The position numbers and the translations under genes are program-made. This document shows, one piece after another, positions 15,801 to 23,216 of a stretch of DNA of 41,180 bases. Position 1 is the stretch's first letter. Each line of letters starts with the position of its first letter. Below the pieces are notes generated by a model that worked only from the letters and a program-made list of their open reading frames with translations, was not told the DNA's origin and searched no databases. This DNA comes from Verrucomicrobiales bacterium. Its GTDB lineage: Bacteria; Verrucomicrobiota; Verrucomicrobiia; Verrucomicrobiales; DEV007. The DNA is taken from assembly GCA_013911195.1 (NCBI GenBank), contig JACETS010000001.1:1-41180 (forward strand). Direction: 5' to 3'.

Positions 15801-17361
15801 AGTTGATTGGAAAAATAATCCGAAAAATGCGACACAGTTAAACTATCTTATAAATACAGGATTAAAGATCAATTTAAAGGAAATCAATGATCCTGGAGTT
15901 AAAGGATACGCTATTAGATTGTTATGTGAAAATTCTCGTTCAAATGATTACTTTCAACAATTTAATCAAATTTCTCTGAATGAGAAAAATAAAGAGGTCG
16001 TCTCCCAATTAATATCATGTCTGCCGCAAATAGAATTTACTCAAAGGGCTAAGTTAATCACAAACTTATTATTGAGGGATGAGATTAGATTAGATCCATG
16101 TATTCCTTTGCAACTGTGGTGGGTTTTAGAGGCTATGGTTTCAGATGATAATTCATTTCTCAGGGAGATCTTTTCTCGTCGTGATGTTTGGAGTTCATTA
16201 CTTGTTAATGACGTAATCATAGAGAGACTAATGAGAAGGTTCTCTACTGAAGAGACAGTTAATGGATACAATATATGCGAGTTTTTGCTAAAAAGTGCAC
16301 CTACTAATGAGGCTAAAGTTAAACTTATTAATGGTTTCTTGAAAGGGGGGGAGATGGCTAATTACAGTTCATTACCCAAGGGATTAATGACTGCATTTGA
16401 GGATAATAAGAAACTTTTACCTCTTGAGCTGAGATTAAGAGTCTCTCAGAAAGAGGCTGTTGATGAAGCAATTGTCTATATTAAAAATAAAGATACTAAT
16501 ACAAATGATGCTGCCAAAATGCTATTAGCATTATCCTTAATAAAGAGTGATAAAGTTTATGATTTTCTATTAAATTATACCGATATCCAAAAAGATGAAA
16601 AAATTGAAATTGCTTTAATGTCAGCTTTGAATGGTTTTGCTCACAAGGAAAAAGTTCAAAGCGCTTTATTTAAGAAATTAATTACTTCTAATCAATCAGT
16701 TAAAGAAAGCATACTTGAATTATTTTTAAGTGATCCTAATTCAGCAAATTATTTAATTAGAAAGATCGATGCTGGTGAGTTTTCATTACCATTGAATAAT
16801 TTTTCCCTCATTGAAAAATTAAAGGCACATGATTCTTCAAATATAAAAAAGTTTCTTGAACGAAAGAAACTTTCAACGGTAAGAAGTGTGCCGTCTTTTC
16901 TTGAGCATGAAATTTCTAGAGTAAAAACTATTATTGAAAATGGTGGGGGTAATCCCAAGGCGGGTGAATCAATTTTCAAGGCCCGATGTGCCGGATGTCA
17001 TAAAATGTTTGATGTAGGTGGTCAAATTGGACCTGATCTCACAAGTTATCAGAAGAATGATCAGGACACATTATTAATTAGTATAATCGCTCCTGGAGCA
17101 GAGATTCGTGAAGGTTATGAGAATGTAATTATTAAAAATAAAGATGGTATGGTTTTTTCAGGATTTTTACTAGAGGAAACAAAAGCACATACAAGATTAA
17201 GGGAATTGAGTGGAGCTAGTAAGTTATTTAGAAACTCAGAAATAAATTCGAAGATTAATACTGGAGTTTCATTGATGCCCAATGGTTTACTAAATGGATT
17301 GGATGAGGGGCAGTTGAAGAATCTTTTTGCTTATTTAAGAAGTACAACTCCGCCTTTTTGA
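12865..17361 (+). CDS. large secreted multidomain protein: isochorismatase-like hydrolase + ThuA-like + beta-propeller 'membrane-bound dehydrogenase' domain + HEAT-like helical region + C-terminal mono-haem cytochrome c domain
   Basis: 1498-aa ORF with a signal peptide. The isochorismatase-like module has VLICDMWDSHHC and LLVGVHTNMCVLG (approx nt 12982-13734). The ThuA-like module has KILFLIGEREY...FYTSLGHINDF...AVDWL (approx 13753-14424). The propeller has DHKGRLWVVQYSQYPDP and GSVYIADWYD. The haem site CAGCH is at nt 16987-17001, followed by GPDLT and a distal LMP. This architecture is typical of the TIGR02604/TIGR02603 Pirellula-Verrucomicrobium type. Confidence 0.75.
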   Translation: MNSKCSFFLFYILLICFSFGDKIQLELRDRVKESDDFIVRLRDQEWDPNNTAVLICDMWDSHHCFNAVKRVEQLAPRINRLVNVMRNKGAIIIHAPSSCMNFYKDTPARKRAIDLPDSKSLPDDISNWLHWIDEEEEKAGYPIDHSDGGEDDDPDDHAKWEQKLIEQGRNPRSPWIRQIETIDIDQSVDYITDSGVENWNILDSHKIQNVLLVGVHTNMCVLGRPFGLRQLAKNGKNVVLVRDLTDTMYNPKMEPKVSHFTGTDFIVNHIEKYVCPTVKSSKILNGSSFKFRNDKRPKILFLIGEREYLTSKTLPKYADANLLSKYRVEFLFAADGQSDFGDIHSEISDADLLFLSVRRRALSDKDMLSVRDFIMKGKPVLGIRTSNHAFSLRGKSPDTGYQVWEKFDEQVFGGNYTNHYGNKILAIAEINPIKHPILEGLQLKKYDTGGSLYKVLPLKKSTTVLLNGKAPEINANQPLAWTNKNDFGGHSFYTSLGHINDFDNKEFVKILNNAVDWLIDESPKLERLDKKKRIHEEVDGALSPENSRSLIEVGNDLEIDLVLSEPIIKQPLHISFDHKGRLWVVQYSQYPDPAGLKRLSRDKVWRVAYDRMPPPPPHKSDSIYRGADKISIHEDTNGDGIYDKHKIFADGLNMATSVAHDGRGVWVTNPPYLLYYKDEDGDDIPDSKPIVHLQGFGLEDSHSIANSLVLGLDGWVYGAQGSTISASIVTNLSPKKVNPINSMGQNIWRYNPQKIVYEIFAEGGGNAFGLEIDSRGRVYSGHNGGNTRGFHYIKGAYYRKSWGKHGSLTNEFAYGFFPAMANAQVERFTHQFILYEDDVLPKRFHGKLLGVDVLHNNVVMSEMITSGSTFQTKDRERFIKSGDPWFRPVMITDAPDGSVYIADWYDKQVNHYRNHEGQMDKKLGRIYRIRNKDFKFNKKIDFTKLDQSDLLDQLDSNSRSNRRTAFHQLKLRFGFDDLSVDWKNNPKNATQLNYLINTGLKINLKEINDPGVKGYAIRLLCENSRSNDYFQQFNQISLNEKNKEVVSQLISCLPQIEFTQRAKLITNLLLRDEIRLDPCIPLQLWWVLEAMVSDDNSFLREIFSRRDVWSSLLVNDVIIERLMRRFSTEETVNGYNICEFLLKSAPTNEAKVKLINGFLKGGEMANYSSLPKGLMTAFEDNKKLLPLELRLRVSQKEAVDEAIVYIKNKDTNTNDAAKMLLALSLIKSDKVYDFLLNYTDIQKDEKIEIALMSALNGFAHKEKVQSALFKKLITSNQSVKESILELFLSDPNSANYLIRKIDAGEFSLPLNNFSLIEKLKAHDSSNIKKFLERKKLSTVRSVPSFLEHEISRVKTIIENGGGNPKAGESIFKARCAGCHKMFDVGGQIGPDLTSYQKNDQDTLLISIIAPGAEIREGYENVIIKNKDGMVFSGFLLEETKAHTRLRELSGASKLFRNSEINSKINTGVSLMPNGLLNGLDEGQLKNLFAYLRSTTPPF

Positions 17362-17380
17362 CCAGACTAATTTGTCTGGT
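17361..17380. terminator. possible weak bidirectional hairpin at a convergent gene junction
   Basis: ACCAGAC-taattt-GTCTGGT (7-bp stem) spans the 5-bp gap between the stop codons of the 1498-aa gene and the SEDS gene. T-rich on both flanks, but overlaps coding sequence. Confidence 0.3.
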
Positions 17381-18545
17381 TTCGATGAACCCATACGCTT
17401 TGACAAAGTCCTAGCATAAATAGCATCATTAGAATAAATGTTCCTCCATAGCTAATAAATGGCAAAGGGAGGCCTGTTATAGGAACTAACAGTACGCACA
17501 TGCCAACATTCATAAAGACATGGAAAAATAGAAGTCCGATAAATCCAGCAATAATCATTCTTCCAGTCATATCTTTTGCTGAGTAGCACATATAAATTAA
17601 AATTAAAAGAAGTGATAGAAATAACAGCAATAATATTGCGGACCCTCTAAAGCCATGCCTTTCTGCGATGGTCACAAAAATAAAATCATTGATAGCAACA
17701 TTGGGTGGAACAAAACCCATTTCCGTTACCAAGTTTGAATTGTTGTTAATTGTATTATCGTTATAGATAGTATTGGTAACGGAATCGTTCTTCTTAGACT
17801 TTCCTAGATAGCCGGCGGATCCTATTGCTATCATATTGTGTTTAGGGACCCATGCAGCACCTTGTTCATCAACAGGTCTTTCATTAAGCATGTTAAGCCA
17901 TGTTTCAATTCGTTCTTTCTGATAATTTTTGAGTCCAAAGAAATACAATATTGGCAAAACTATTAATCCGAATTGTATAATAACTATGATGTATCTAAAT
18001 AATACTTTTCCTATGAGTAATGATGTCATAAAGATGACAATCCATGCCATCGAGGAACCAAAATCTGGTTCAATTAAAATAATGAGACATGGCAAAGCTG
18101 CTATTGGAGCAGCAATTAGAATTTTGACATAGGATTTCTTAAATATTGGAAATTTTTTTGGCAGTTCTCCAAAAATGACAGCAAGAAATAAAATTCCAGA
18201 GATTATTGCGAGTTGTGATGGTTGAAAAGTTAGTCCACCAATGGTAATCCAACTCTCTGCTCCTGAAAGTTCGGTGTTAGTTGATAGGAGTAAAATGACA
18301 GATGTTATATATGCAGGTAATGCTCCCCATTTAATCCAATTGTAGTCAATTAATGTTGCTCCAAAGAAAAAAATTATTCCAATGCATATCCATTTTATTT
18401 GATCATACCATTTTGAATTTAATACAGAGTTCTCAAAATAGGCAGTGGCTTCATGTATCGAGTAAACCCCAATAGTTAGAAGAACTGCTGTTACTAATAC
18501 AAGCAACCAGTTCATCCCGAGAATTTTCAGGAATAGTGGAGTCAT
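17367..18545 (-). CDS. SEDS family peptidoglycan glycosyltransferase (RodA/FtsW/SpoVE)
   Basis: 392-aa polytopic membrane ORF with the C-terminal signature GLPLPFISYGGTFILMMLFMLGL and PSQLAIISGILFLA. Context (not in a dcw cluster) does not separate RodA from FtsW. Confidence 0.8.
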   Translation of the reverse strand: MTPLFLKILGMNWLLVLVTAVLLTIGVYSIHEATAYFENSVLNSKWYDQIKWICIGIIFFFGATLIDYNWIKWGALPAYITSVILLLSTNTELSGAESWITIGGLTFQPSQLAIISGILFLAVIFGELPKKFPIFKKSYVKILIAAPIAALPCLIILIEPDFGSSMAWIVIFMTSLLIGKVLFRYIIVIIQFGLIVLPILYFFGLKNYQKERIETWLNMLNERPVDEQGAAWVPKHNMIAIGSAGYLGKSKKNDSVTNTIYNDNTINNNSNLVTEMGFVPPNVAINDFIFVTIAERHGFRGSAILLLLFLSLLLILIYMCYSAKDMTGRMIIAGFIGLLFFHVFMNVGMCVLLVPITGLPLPFISYGGTFILMMLFMLGLCQSVWVHRNQTN

Positions 18546-18571
18546 TTTTTATTTAGTATAAATATTTGTTA

Positions 18572-19357
18572 TCAATCATTTTCAAATAAAAAAGTACTTA
18601 AAGGGCTTGTAGCTGATCCCTTAGATGAGGTTTCATGTGATCCAAAGAGGAAATCGGTTCGACCATTTTCTATAGAGCCTTTGAAGGCTTTAGAAATTAG
18701 TATAGGATCTGATGAAATGGCTATCGCAGTATTAATTAATACTGCATCCGCGCCCATTTCCATTGCTTCAGAGGCATGACTGGGTTTTCCTATGCCAGCA
18801 TCAACGATGACAGGTACGGTTGCCTGCTCAATGATGATTTCAATTTGTTTTCTATTCTGAATACCAAGATTAGATCCAATTGGAGAACCAAGAGGCATTA
18901 CAGTAGAAGCTCCCACATCTTGTAACCGTTTAGCTAAAATTGGATCAGCATTTATATATGGAAGAACAGTGAATCCTTCATCTACTAATAACTTAGTTGC
19001 CTTGAATGTTTCAACTGGATCCGGTAGTAGATATTTCGGGTCTGGATGAATTTCTAATTTTATCCATGGCGGAAGTCCAGCTGAGCGTGACAACTTTGCA
19101 AGTCTTACAGCTTCTTCAGCATTATTTGCTCCGCTTGTATTGGCTAATATTAAATATCTGTTATTATCTATAAAATTAAGAATATTTGCTGACTCGTCCT
19201 CTTCACTATTTAAATTTGCTCTTCGTAAAGAAACGGTGACAATTTCTGTTCCAGATGCTTCCAATGATTCTTTCATGACGTCATTTGAGGAAAACTTTCC
19301 GGTTCCTAAGAGAAGTCTTGAATTAAAGGTTCTATCTGAAATAACTAATGAGTCCAC
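18572..19357 (-). CDS. thiG: thiazole synthase ThiG
   Basis: 261-aa ORF with SRLLLGTGKF, TVLPYINADP, VMPLGSPIGSNLGI and VIVDAGIGKPSHA. GTG start. Confidence 0.9.
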   Translation of the reverse strand: MDSLVISDRTFNSRLLLGTGKFSSNDVMKESLEASGTEIVTVSLRRANLNSEEDESANILNFIDNNRYLILANTSGANNAEEAVRLAKLSRSAGLPPWIKLEIHPDPKYLLPDPVETFKATKLLVDEGFTVLPYINADPILAKRLQDVGASTVMPLGSPIGSNLGIQNRKQIEIIIEQATVPVIVDAGIGKPSHASEAMEMGADAVLINTAIAISSDPILISKAFKGSIENGRTDFLFGSHETSSKGSATSPLSTFLFEND

Positions 19358-19464
19358 GATTTGAGGAAATTAAATGTTACTATCACTATACATAGCAAAT
19401 GTAATTGAATAATAAATTAAATTTCCTTTCTATAAGTCTAAATTGTGCTTTTTTCATATTATAA

Positions 19465-20628
19465 ATGGAAACATTAATCCCTTTTCTTGCGATAATTTCA
19501 TTTATTATTGGTGCAAGTATTGGGTCATTTCTTAATGTTGTTATCTATCGTTTGCCGAGAGGCATTTCAGTCAATAAGCCAAGACGTTCATTTTGCCCAA
19601 CTTGTAATTATAAGATTCCATTTTACCTAAATATTCCAATTATTAGTTGGTTGATATTATTAGGTAAATGTAGAAACTGTTCATCTAAAGTTTCTATACG
19701 GTATCTGTTGGTTGAATTGATTTCCGGAGTATTGTTTCTAGCTTGTTGGTTAATTTATGCCTCGCCACTATCTGGGCAATTTCAAGTTACTTACTATTTA
19801 GTATTACCGGGATGGTTCCTAATTTCTTTATTGATCTCAGCATCATTGATTGATTATGAGCACCAAATTATTCCTGACGCCTTAAATGTAATTGGATTAA
19901 TTTCAGGACTTATTTTTGCAATAATGTTCCCATTAATACCTTTTAATATAATGGGTGTTGATTCATTTTTTAATAGCGATGAAATCACTTGGTATAAATC
20001 GTTTATAATTTCGTTACTAAGCGGAGCTTTTGGATTTTTAATTATATACAGTATCGTTTTTCTAGGTAAAATCGTTTTTGGAATAAAAGTCCTTAGTAAG
20101 AATAAGTCTAATGAATGGAGCATTGTCGAGGGAGAAGAGAATCCAGTATTACTTTTTGATGACCAGGAAATAAACTTCGAGGATTTATTTTTTGTTGGTA
20201 CAGAAAAATTAGTATTTGAATGTCAAAAATTTGATTTAAATGGAAACGAAATTATTACTGATAAGGTTAGCGTCTTTTATGATCGAATAGATTATAACAA
20301 TGAGTCCATAGAAATTAGTGACTGGGTCTCTGTAGGAGGAAAATCCGTTAAAATTACTTATCATCGAGAAGCAATGGGATTCGGTGATGTTAAGTATATG
20401 GCAATGATTGGTGTTTTTATTGGATGGAAGGGAATTCTATTCACATTATTTACAGCTTCTATTATTGGAACTGTTGTAAGCTTGCCTGGTAAAATCTTAA
20501 AGAGTGATAATGCCTTGAATAGAATCCCATTCGGTCCTTTTTTATCATTAGGGGCAATTATATGGCTGTTTTATGGCCCTCAATTACTGGATTGGTATAT
20601 AAATTTGATAAGTATGGGTAATCCATAA
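19465..20628 (+). CDS. prepilin peptidase / N-methyltransferase (peptidase A24) with a ~95-aa cytoplasmic-loop insertion
   Basis: Motifs are FLNVVIYRLP, the Cys cluster CPTCNYKI...GKCRNC, first catalytic Asp in IDYEHQIIPD (D130) and second in AMGFGDVKYMAMIG (D308). The soluble insert is approx nt 20083-20364. Confidence 0.78.
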   Translation: METLIPFLAIISFIIGASIGSFLNVVIYRLPRGISVNKPRRSFCPTCNYKIPFYLNIPIISWLILLGKCRNCSSKVSIRYLLVELISGVLFLACWLIYASPLSGQFQVTYYLVLPGWFLISLLISASLIDYEHQIIPDALNVIGLISGLIFAIMFPLIPFNIMGVDSFFNSDEITWYKSFIISLLSGAFGFLIIYSIVFLGKIVFGIKVLSKNKSNEWSIVEGEENPVLLFDDQEINFEDLFFVGTEKLVFECQKFDLNGNEIITDKVSVFYDRIDYNNESIEISDWVSVGGKSVKITYHREAMGFGDVKYMAMIGVFIGWKGILFTLFTASIIGTVVSLPGKILKSDNALNRIPFGPFLSLGAIIWLFYGPQLLDWYINLISMGNP

Positions 20629-20643
20629 AGTGACTAAAACGCT

Positions 20644-22107
20644 ATGCATTCAGCCTTTTTTAAATATATAATTTTTTTGATTCTCACACAATTTTTTATC
20701 ATTCCTTCTGAAGCGGATCGATTATCTAAATTTGGTTATAGCGATGATTATGAAGGCGTTTCTAAGCTTTTGAAAAATCTTAACAATGATTATGATGCTG
20801 ATTTAATCAATGATCTTATAAGCAAGCTTGAATCAAATGATTTTGGCGTAAGGGAAAAAGCAACGTTTGAGCTAAGCCAGATACCTTTGTTGGATAGAGA
20901 AGAAATACAATTGAAGTTAGATGGGTTTTCTTTAGAGCAAAAAACAAGGCTTCAAAGAGTTCTTAAGGAAAACAGCCATGAAAAATTCATTAAATTATTG
21001 ATAGTTATGAACGAATCAATAGTTGAAAATAAATATAAGGGGTTGCTTAAGGAGTTGTGGAAATCTACAGATAAAGTTAAATCCCAACAATATAGTAATT
21101 TATGGGATGTCTACCGTGATGCTAGTATTGAAACATCAGTAAATGATGATGTAAATCTGATTAAAAATTCGGTGTTAAGTGATAATGGTATTATTAGGTA
21201 TTCCAGTATACCGACATTAATTAAAATATTGGGCAAAGAATCTGAATCGTATCTTTTGAAATTAGTAAATGATAATAACGATCAAATAAAATGGGCTATT
21301 TCGGAAGCTCTGATGAATTTTCAAAATCCACAATGTCTTATTCCATTGGTTGATTTATTAATGTGTGATCAAGACTTTGGTCTTAGGTGGAGAAGTCTTG
21401 AAGCTCTAAGAAAATTAACAGGACAAGAATTTGGTTATTATGCAGCAGGTAATGCCGATGAAAGAAAGGAACCAGCAAAAAAATGGAGTAAGTGGGTAAA
21501 TGATAATCTGGAAATAGCTGATTTAAAATTTAATAATGCGGCATCTAATAAAACTATCTCTTTGTTCAATGGAATTAATCTAGATAATTGGATTGAAAGA
21601 CCACTGGATGGATTTCTTGCAGGTGGTGGAGATGATGGGTGGGAAGTCGTTGATGGAATGCTTCTAACAAAGAAGGGTAAAAGAAGTGCGCTTGTCACTA
21701 AAACAAGTTTTTTAGACTATGAATTAAATTTTGAATATAAATTATTAGAAAGAACTAGTGATAGTGGAATTGGAATTTTCGTAGGCGAGAAAAATAACGG
21801 TTATCTTGAAGTACAGCTTTATCCCAATAGATCTGGGGATTTGTATAAAATAGGATCAAATGTTGAATTTAAATTAGATGATGGAAATGTGTTAGCATTT
21901 TCTTCTCGAAAATTTAAAGAGGGTAATGAAGAAAATGGGGAGTGGAATAAGATGAATATTAAAATTATTAACGGGCAGACAGAGGTTTCTGTAAATGGTG
22001 AAATACAAAATCGTGCCTTTAATGATCAAATGAAACCATCAAAAATACTCCTTAGGAATGAGGGGAGTAGTGTGGGGTTTAAGAACTTTATTCTAAAAAA
22101 GTTGTAA
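20644..22107 (+). CDS. secreted HEAT-repeat + DUF1080 (3-keto-disaccharide hydrolase-like) protein
   Basis: 487-aa ORF with a signal peptide and HEAT-like helices (DFGVREKATFELSQ, DFGLRWRSLEALRKL). The C-terminal DUF1080 pattern is LFNGINLDNWIE...GWEVVDGMLL...ALVTKTSFLDYELNFEYKL...DSGIGIF...FKNFILKKL. Confidence 0.6.
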   Translation: MHSAFFKYIIFLILTQFFIIPSEADRLSKFGYSDDYEGVSKLLKNLNNDYDADLINDLISKLESNDFGVREKATFELSQIPLLDREEIQLKLDGFSLEQKTRLQRVLKENSHEKFIKLLIVMNESIVENKYKGLLKELWKSTDKVKSQQYSNLWDVYRDASIETSVNDDVNLIKNSVLSDNGIIRYSSIPTLIKILGKESESYLLKLVNDNNDQIKWAISEALMNFQNPQCLIPLVDLLMCDQDFGLRWRSLEALRKLTGQEFGYYAAGNADERKEPAKKWSKWVNDNLEIADLKFNNAASNKTISLFNGINLDNWIERPLDGFLAGGGDDGWEVVDGMLLTKKGKRSALVTKTSFLDYELNFEYKLLERTSDSGIGIFVGEKNNGYLEVQLYPNRSGDLYKIGSNVEFKLDDGNVLAFSSRKFKEGNEENGEWNKMNIKIINGQTEVSVNGEIQNRAFNDQMKPSKILLRNEGSSVGFKNFILKKL

Positions 22108-22110
22108 AAA

Positions 22111-22506
22111 TTATCTCTTAGAAAATTGGAACCTTTTTCTTGCACCAGGCTGGCCAGCTTTCTTGCGCTCTTTTTTTCTAGAGTCTCTAGTCAATAGCCC
22201 TTCAGATTTAAAAACTTCTCTAAGTTCTGGATCGTTCTTCAGTAGAGCTCTTGCAATTGCTAGTCTAACTGCACCGATTTGACCAGTTATACCTCCGCCG
22301 TTAGTGGTGACATTAAGATCCCATGATTTAGGCTGATTAGCCAATTGCAATGGATGTAACAAGTTGTTTTGGAGGGCTAATGTAGGAAAATATTCTTCCA
22401 TAGGCTTTTGGTTAACAGTTATTGTACCATCTCCAGGCTTCATTTGAATCCTAGCGACCGCTGTTTTTCTTCTGCCTACTGAGTTTATTGTCGAACTATC
22501 GCTCAT
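22111..22506 (-). CDS. rpsI: 30S ribosomal protein S9
   Basis: 131-aa ORF with GRRKTAVARI and the C-terminus TRDSRKKERKKAGQPGARKRFQFSKR. Confidence 0.95.
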   Translation of the reverse strand: MSDSSTINSVGRRKTAVARIQMKPGDGTITVNQKPMEEYFPTLALQNNLLHPLQLANQPKSWDLNVTTNGGGITGQIGAVRLAIARALLKNDPELREVFKSEGLLTRDSRKKERKKAGQPGARKRFQFSKR

Positions 22507-22531
22507 TGAAATTTGTATTTATATATATTCG

Positions 22532-22960
22532 TTAAAGTTGAATAGAGGAAGGATTCTGGGCTTCGTGCTTGTGATCAGGGCCAGCATATATCTTCAATTT
22601 TTTGATTATTTGTCGACCTAATCGGTTTCGAGGGATCATCCCTTGGACTGCAAATTCAACTAATCTTTCTGGTGCTTTTTCTCTAAGTGTTGCAGGGGTG
22701 TCTTCATGATGACCGCCAACATATCCCGAATATCTATGATAAATTTTTTGTAGCTCTTTTCTTCCGCTCAGTTTTACCTTATCTGCATTTATAACGACAA
22801 CAAAATCTCCTGTGTCAACATGAGGTGTAAATATTGGTTTATTCTTTCCCCTTAGCAAAGATGCAGCTCGTACAGCTACATCACCGAGTATTTGGTCTTC
22901 GGCATCAATGATGTACCACTCGCGTTTAATATCAGATGATTTAGCTGAAAATGTTTTCAT
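22532..22960 (-). CDS. rplM: 50S ribosomal protein L13
   Basis: Motifs [34 protein letters not shown] and [10 protein letters not shown]. The real start is taken as ATG 22960 (MKTFSAK...). The 23 upstream codons of the track ORF overlap a good promoter. Confidence 0.92.
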   Translation of the reverse strand: MKTFSAKSSDIKREWYIIDAEDQILGDVAVRAASLLRGKNKPIFTPHVDTGDFVVVINADKVKLSGRKELQKIYHRYSGYVGGHHEDTPATLREKAPERLVEFAVQGMIPRNRLGRQIIKKLKIYAGPDHKHEAQNPSSIQL

Positions 22961-22994
22961 TTTATTAGAATTTCTCAAAAAATGGAGGGCGTGA

Positions 22995-23023
22995 ATTCTA
23001 GAGTGCTTATTCCAGCATGTCAA
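22995..23023 (-). promoter_or_regulatory. candidate sigma-70 promoter of rplM-rpsI (TTGACA-17 nt-TAGAAT)
   Basis: The minus strand reads TTGACA (23023-23018), an exact 17-nt spacer, then TAGAAT (23000-22995). The -10 lies 35 nt upstream of ATG 22960 and is followed by the GC-rich patch CGCCCTCC. Confidence 0.5.
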
Positions 23024-23216
23024 CAGCATATCCTACATATATTAGCTATATAACTTTATAATGTATCAAATATACTTATTACTGTTTACACGTAAATAGT
23101 GTAATTGGTAAACAAATAACAAATTATTAAAAATATAAATAAAAGGGGAGGTGAATTTTATTTGAACTTGCTTATTTACCAAGTTTTTAAGAATCTCAGC
23201 AAATATTAACAATATT

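Noticed and set aside
22961-23029. A 23-codon N-terminal extension of the rplM ORF ([23 protein letters not shown]).
   Set aside because: L13 homology begins at MKTFSAK (ATG 22960). The extension is non-conserved in character and coincides with a TTGACA-17-TAGAAT promoter, so it is almost certainly untranslated.
23030-23216. A ZTP (pfl) or purine riboswitch upstream of purH.
   Set aside because: The spacer is almost pure A/T apart from one GGGGAGG. It has none of the conserved GC-rich cores (GGGUCGUGAC…CCGCCUGGGC for ZTP; the purine three-way junction).
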